Assembly: GCA_003660975.1 (NCBI GenBank)
Contig: QMVG01000002.1
Span: 53,850 to 117,849 of the forward strand
Reading direction: 5' to 3'
Length of the DNA: 64,000 nt
Source: Candidatus Micrarchaeota archaeon
GTDB lineage: Archaea > B1Sed10-29 > B47-G15
The notes under the pieces: generated by a model
The model's input: only the letters and a program-made list of their open reading frames with translations
Database searches by the model: none
What the model was told of the DNA's origin: nothing
Position numbers and translations under genes: made by a program
Part shown: piece by piece, positions 59,567 through 64,000 of the stretch
How positions within the stretch are numbered: position 1 is the stretch's first letter
Layout: every line of letters starts with the position of its first letter

Positions 59567-62137
59567 TCAATCACCCTTTCTTAGTGTTTTCCACAGCTCG
59601 ACAACAGAGAAGACAACAACTGTCAGCAGTATTACTCTTATCCAATCAACAGCATGCAACGGCGTTGTTTTGAAGATAACATCAAGCACAGGCGTTTGAA
59701 CTATTAGCACCTGAATTAAAAGTGATGACACCACTGCAAAGCCCATCCACTTGTTAGACAGCAAGTGCAATCTGCTTAGCCTTCTTTTAGACTTGAAGTT
59801 TACTGCTATCATTGTTTCTAAAAATACAATCGTGGTGAACGCAACAGTTCCTGCCTTTCCTGTCCCGGCATTTAACTCCCAGTAAAACGCCAGCACAGTT
59901 ATTATTCCCACAAGCAAGCCGATGAATGCAATAGTTATCATTTCTTCCCTATTTAAAGGATTATCCTCCTTTGGGTTTGGTTTTCTTTTCATAACATCCT
60001 TTTCAGCTTTTTCAACACTTAATGCGAGGGCCGGCAAGCCATCAGTTATCAAATTCATCCACAGTATTTGAACAGGCAGCAAGATTAACGGCAGTCCTGC
60101 CATCATGCTGCTCGCAACAGCCAAAACCTCTCCAGAATTACAAGAGAGTAAATACGTTATTGACTTTTTTATGTTGTCATATATCACTCTTCCTTCTTTT
60201 ACAGCTTCAACTATGGTGGTGAAGTCATCATCCTCTATTACCATATCCGCTGCCTCTTTCGCAACATCTGTTCCCTTCATTCCCATCGCTATGCCTATAT
60301 CTGCCTTTTTTAGAGCAGGAGCATCGTTAACACCATCTCCTGTCATGCCTACAATCTCTCCATTTTGTTGTAAAGCTCTCACTATTCTAAGCTTGTGTTG
60401 TGGAGAAACTCTGGCAAAAACAGCGATGCTCCTCACATCTCTTTTTAGCTCCTCATCAGACATCTTTTCCAATTCCCTTCCATTGACAACTCTTCTCTTT
60501 CTGAGCAAGCCAACATCCTCAGCGATTGCCTTGGCCGTTATCTCGTGGTCTCCTGTTATCATAATTACACTTATCCCTGCTTTCTCGCAGTTCTCTATTG
60601 CTTCCTTTACTCCTTCTCTTGGTGGGTCTCTCATGGCAATCAAACCAACAAAAACAAAATCTTTCTCGTCTTTTTCACTAAAATCTCTGTTTACCTTTTC
60701 TTTCACAGCCATCGCAAGAACACGCAGTGCCTTACTGTTTAGGTCCTTAAACACCCTCATTATCTCCTCTTGCTTCCGCTTTGTTAAGCGCTTTAGCCTC
60801 CTGCCTTCTCTGTAGTAGCTACAATTTTCAATCACGATTTCTGGAGCCCCTTTCATATATGCCTTTAGAATTCCCTTCCTTTCGTATACAACAGTCATTT
60901 TTTTCCTTTCGCTGGAAAAGCTAACCTCCTTAACCTTTTTGTAATCAACGAGCTTTATGCCTGCTTTTATTGACGCTTCAAGCAATGCATTTTCCGTCGG
61001 GTCTCCAAGCACAACGCCTTCAACAATTTTTGAATTGTTGCAGAGCGCACCTATCTTAAGGGCTTTCAGCTGGTTATATGATAGTTTGTCTTTTATTGAA
61101 ACCAATTTGTTGTCAGCATATATCTTTTCCACAGTCATCTTGTTCTCTGTTATCGTGCCAGTTTTGTCAACACATAGATACGTGGCACTACCTAAGGTTT
61201 CCACGATTGGCAGCCTTTTCACAAGACTTTTCTTTCTGGCCATTCTCTGAATGCCAAAAGCAAGAGCTAACGTAACAATAGCAGGAAGGCCTTCTGGGAT
61301 AACTGCCACTGCCAAGCTTATAGATGTGAGTATCATTTCAATAATCTCAATGCCTTTCAAGACTCCCATAATAAATATTAATATGATTATGAAGAGAATG
61401 AGAATGCCAAGGTTTTTGCTGAATACTGCCAACCTTTTCTGCAAAGGAGTTTCCTCTTTTTCTGTGCTCTCAACTAGATGCGCTATTTTTCCTATTTCGG
61501 TATCCATGCCTGTTTTGCAAACAACTGCCTTTGCGTTGCCCTTTACTACCAAACTGCCTTTGAAGAGCATGTTGAGCCTTTCACTGACTAAGCTGGCCTC
61601 TTTGACAATCTTAGCTGTTTTCCTCACAGCTTTTGACTCACCTGTGAGCATTGACTCATCGACATATAAATCGTTTTCATAGATTATTCTGGCATCTGCT
61701 GGTACAGCAGAACCTTCTGATAAAATAATTATATCTCCAGGCACCAATTCTCTTGAAGGGATTTGCATTTCTTTCCCATTTCTTATTACAATGCTCTTAG
61801 GGTGGCTTAATTTTCTTAAGGCCTCTATGGCTTTGTCTGCCTTGTATTCCTGCACAAAGCCAAAGACAGCGTTTAAAATTACTATTGCCAAGATGATAAG
61901 AGCGTCTATTGTATTTCCTATGAAAAATGAAAAAGCTGTTGCAAATATAAGCACAATCACAAGAGGGCTCTCAAATTGAGACATAAATATTTTTAACAGT
62001 TTGTGCTTCTCTTCCCTGCGTATCTCATTGTAGCCGAATTTTTTCAACCTACGTTTTGCCTCTGTCTCGCTTAAACCATTAACACTTGTTTTTAGTATCT
62101 CAATTGCTCTCTTGCTGGGGAGGGAATAGTAATCCAT
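59567..62137 (-). CDS. Cation-transporting (Ca2+-type, IIA) P-type ATPase
   Basis: TGES, PEGL, DKTGT, KGAPE, GDGVNDAPAL, 'WMNLITDGLPA'. Confidence 0.95.
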   Translation of the reverse strand: MDYYSLPSKRAIEILKTSVNGLSETEAKRRLKKFGYNEIRREEKHKLLKIFMSQFESPLVIVLIFATAFSFFIGNTIDALIILAIVILNAVFGFVQEYKADKAIEALRKLSHPKSIVIRNGKEMQIPSRELVPGDIIILSEGSAVPADARIIYENDLYVDESMLTGESKAVRKTAKIVKEASLVSERLNMLFKGSLVVKGNAKAVVCKTGMDTEIGKIAHLVESTEKEETPLQKRLAVFSKNLGILILFIIILIFIMGVLKGIEIIEMILTSISLAVAVIPEGLPAIVTLALAFGIQRMARKKSLVKRLPIVETLGSATYLCVDKTGTITENKMTVEKIYADNKLVSIKDKLSYNQLKALKIGALCNNSKIVEGVVLGDPTENALLEASIKAGIKLVDYKKVKEVSFSSERKKMTVVYERKGILKAYMKGAPEIVIENCSYYREGRRLKRLTKRKQEEIMRVFKDLNSKALRVLAMAVKEKVNRDFSEKDEKDFVFVGLIAMRDPPREGVKEAIENCEKAGISVIMITGDHEITAKAIAEDVGLLRKRRVVNGRELEKMSDEELKRDVRSIAVFARVSPQHKLRIVRALQQNGEIVGMTGDGVNDAPALKKADIGIAMGMKGTDVAKEAADMVIEDDDFTTIVEAVKEGRVIYDNIKKSITYLLSCNSGEVLAVASSMMAGLPLILLPVQILWMNLITDGLPALALSVEKAEKDVMKRKPNPKEDNPLNREEMITIAFIGLLVGIITVLAFYWELNAGTGKAGTVAFTTIVFLETMIAVNFKSKRRLSRLHLLSNKWMGFAVVSSLLIQVLIVQTPVLDVIFKTTPLHAVDWIRVILLTVVVFSVVELWKTLRKGD

Positions 62138-62165
62138 GTTTTTTTAAAAGCAGCTCTTGTTTAAA

Positions 62166-63062
62166 TCAATAACTATCTATTATTTTCATTAATTCTAATG
62201 CCTCATCAGGCAAAAGCAGGGCTTTTTTGTAATTTTTCCAATCGTCCAAGACAATGCGCGGACATGCAGTTATTACAAAGGCATCAAAAGGCAGGTAATC
62301 CAAAAGCTCTGGCTTTATGTTCTCTGCGCTGATTAGGTATGAATTGGGAATTTTCTTTTTTAGTTCCATGGCCTGCCTGAGATGTTTCTGTCCTGGCTTT
62401 TCCCCTATTACAATAGCAAAAGTACTTGCTTTTACTGCTTTTGATATTCTGATATATCTCTCTTTTTCCCAGTTTTCCTCTACTTTTTCTACTTCGCCAG
62501 TGTATGGGTCTGCCCTTATGACCTTTTTCTTTGTCGCGAATGACAGCATTTGCGGATGGAAAAGCCCACTGCCTATGAAAAGAAAGCCGTCAACTTTGTC
62601 TTTTATTGCCAAGGCATTTGACACATCACAGCCAAGTATCTGCGCATTCCTGTGAACATGAACTGAAAAGGATTTTTTCTTCAAGTAATTCATTACCTCT
62701 GCTACCTTGTGCAAGTGCTGTGCTGTTGTCACTATGCCAACACTCTTCGGAAGAAGTTGCTCGGCTTTCTTTACAACAGGCATGACATCCTTTTTTGAAT
62801 AACACGGAACATATACCACATTCTTGCTGGGAATCATCTGGGTATGGCCATAATGTATCGTCAAGTCATAATTCACTTTAATGTCACAGGCACCATAGCA
62901 GGGGTCTGCGCTTAGGATGATTTCTGCTCCGGTTTCAGAAAGTTTGTCCATTATCTCCTTAGCATATTGCTTGAGGCCTTCTGGCAGCTGCACAAGCACC
63001 TTCTTTGCCTTTCTCCGCACTATCTCCTTTTTTACCCTTTCAAATTCAAAATCATAATCCAT
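62166..63062 (-). CDS. dph2: Diphthamide biosynthesis enzyme Dph2
   Basis: 'QLPEGLK', 'CYGACD', 'QILGC', 'TACPR'. Confidence 0.93.
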   Translation of the reverse strand: MDYDFEFERVKKEIVRRKAKKVLVQLPEGLKQYAKEIMDKLSETGAEIILSADPCYGACDIKVNYDLTIHYGHTQMIPSKNVVYVPCYSKKDVMPVVKKAEQLLPKSVGIVTTAQHLHKVAEVMNYLKKKSFSVHVHRNAQILGCDVSNALAIKDKVDGFLFIGSGLFHPQMLSFATKKKVIRADPYTGEVEKVEENWEKERYIRISKAVKASTFAIVIGEKPGQKHLRQAMELKKKIPNSYLISAENIKPELLDYLPFDAFVITACPRIVLDDWKNYKKALLLPDEALELMKIIDSY

Positions 63063-63063
63063 A

Positions 63064-63492
63064 TCAGAACCCTAACTTGCGTCTCTTCTTTTCTTCTTCA
63101 TATTCCTCATTTAACTTCTTTTCTATAGCTTTTTTAAGCGGAAAGTTAAAACGATTGATGTCCACCCCATAGCGGGACATTAGCTGTATGCCAAGCTCCA
63201 CAGCTTTGGCCATATCCTTCTTTGACAGTTCATTTATTTCCCCCGTGGCTACTAGGACAGGATCTGCTTTTTTTGCCTTTTCCGCCTCTGCCCTCAAGCG
63301 AGATTTCATATCTGGGTCCCAAGTCTTATTATATTTATTTATGGTCTTTTCACGCTTTTTTCTTTCCATTTCTATTAACTCATCAACATCTCTAACCTCT
63401 TTTGCTACTGTTTTTTTCGTTTTCCCCGGTATTTGGAAGATAAAAGGCGCTGCAACTTTTCCAAGACGTGCTTTCTTTCTTCTAAAGCCCAT
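63064..63492 (-). CDS. Basic hypothetical protein
   Basis: GAGGTG RBS; abuts dph2; no recognised motif. Confidence 0.65.
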   Translation of the reverse strand: MGFRRKKARLGKVAAPFIFQIPGKTKKTVAKEVRDVDELIEMERKKREKTINKYNKTWDPDMKSRLRAEAEKAKKADPVLVATGEINELSKKDMAKAVELGIQLMSRYGVDINRFNFPLKKAIEKKLNEEYEEEKKRRKLGF

Positions 63493-63505
63493 TTTGACAC
63501 CTCTC

Positions 63506-63569
63506 GCGCGTCAGAGGCGTTATCATATCATCGCCGAGGCTCATTGGTTGTACACCACTTCATTCGCGC
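63506..63569 (-). ncRNA. C/D box guide sRNA (candidate)
   Basis: GCGCG-A-AUGAAGU(C)-12 nt-AUGA(D')-GCCucGGC-G-AUGAUAU(C')-10 nt-CUGA(D)-CGCGC; TTTTAAAA about 22 nt upstream. Confidence 0.75.
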
Positions 63570-63628
63570 AATAAAATACTGTTTTTTACTTTTTAAAAGC
63601 TTGCTTTTGCAGTTCTGTGAATTTATTG

Positions 63629-63726
63629 TTGGTGAGATATTCGGTAGATGTCTAAAGTCCAGCTAGAGGCCGAATTTGGGCAGAGCGAAGCGTAGTTGTA
63701 TGTCTGCTGTTATCTGAAGTCGCCAA
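63629..63726. other. Imperfect long hairpin, possible decayed attC-like site or ncRNA
   Basis: Ends pair (TTGGTGA/TCGCCAA, GATA/TATC); on the minus strand, AGATAAC lies about 16 nt after the upstream ORF stop. Confidence 0.35.
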
Positions 63727-63731
63727 AAAAC

Positions 63732-63980
63732 TTATTCTATTTCTTCTTTTATCCATAGTTTTTCACCTCTTACCCAATCAATAACTATTTGCTTGTAATC
63801 GTCCTTTATTTTGTATATGTAATCTCTTTCTGCATGACTCCAGGAACTCTCTATAATGTCCTCTTTTTTCAACGGTTTTCTTCTCATTTTTAGACCTGCT
63901 CGTGCTCCAGCAATATCTCTACCCGTTATTTTTTTATCAATTCCTTCGGAAGGTTTTCTCTTCGCAATCTCATTCATCAA
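63732..63980 (-). CDS. Hypothetical protein, possibly 5' truncated by window edge
   Basis: Frame stays open to position 64000. Confidence 0.55.
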   Translation of the reverse strand: MMNEIAKRKPSEGIDKKITGRDIAGARAGLKMRRKPLKKEDIIESSWSHAERDYIYKIKDDYKQIVIDWVRGEKLWIKEEIE

Positions 63981-64000
63981 GAAGGTTACCTGTTTGCTTG

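Noticed and set aside
60105-61682. Long antisense ORFs inside the P-type ATPase (and similar ones in lonB, cdc48, PCNA)
   Set aside because: Typical antisense shadows of conserved genes, with no motifs.
63629-63726. 5S rRNA or SRP RNA candidate
   Set aside because: It can be folded, but lacks the 5S loop C and SRP helix 8 consensus sequences on either strand.

Overview
Gene-dense, streamlined archaeal chromosomal segment made mostly of core housekeeping genes. It most resembles a DPANN lineage with separate priS/priL genes (Micrarchaeota/Diapherotrites-like; the taxonomy is inferred, not tested). Contents: radB, cdc48, rfcL, pheST, rnz, tldDE, lonB, csl4-rpoL-DUF99-Sec11-like peptidase-PCNA, gdh, trxB, the priL-priS-GINS-rpl44e-rps27e-aIF2a-nop10-PAC2-endoQ superoperon, hisS, an S-layer gene followed by a glycosylation cluster, truD, aRF1, a P-type ATPase and dph2. 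The most striking observation is that both tRNA genes found sit 19-20 nt upstream of, and in the same orientation as, their cognate synthetase (tRNA-Phe then pheS-pheT; tRNA-His then hisS). Both are also preceded by the same TTAATAAAGAA-N7-GTTAA motif. Other notable items: a convergent cluster of up to seven class III signal-peptide (pilin-like) genes, two of them missed by the ORF track; a Lys/Thr pentapeptide-repeat histone H1-like protein; a well-formed C/D box sRNA; two STT3-like GT-C paralogs with complementary motif loss; a DUF373-PRC-barrel fusion; and a possible decayed attC-like hairpin at the right edge. No rRNA, CRISPR array, transposase or integrase was seen. All family assignments come from motif recognition by eye, without database searches.
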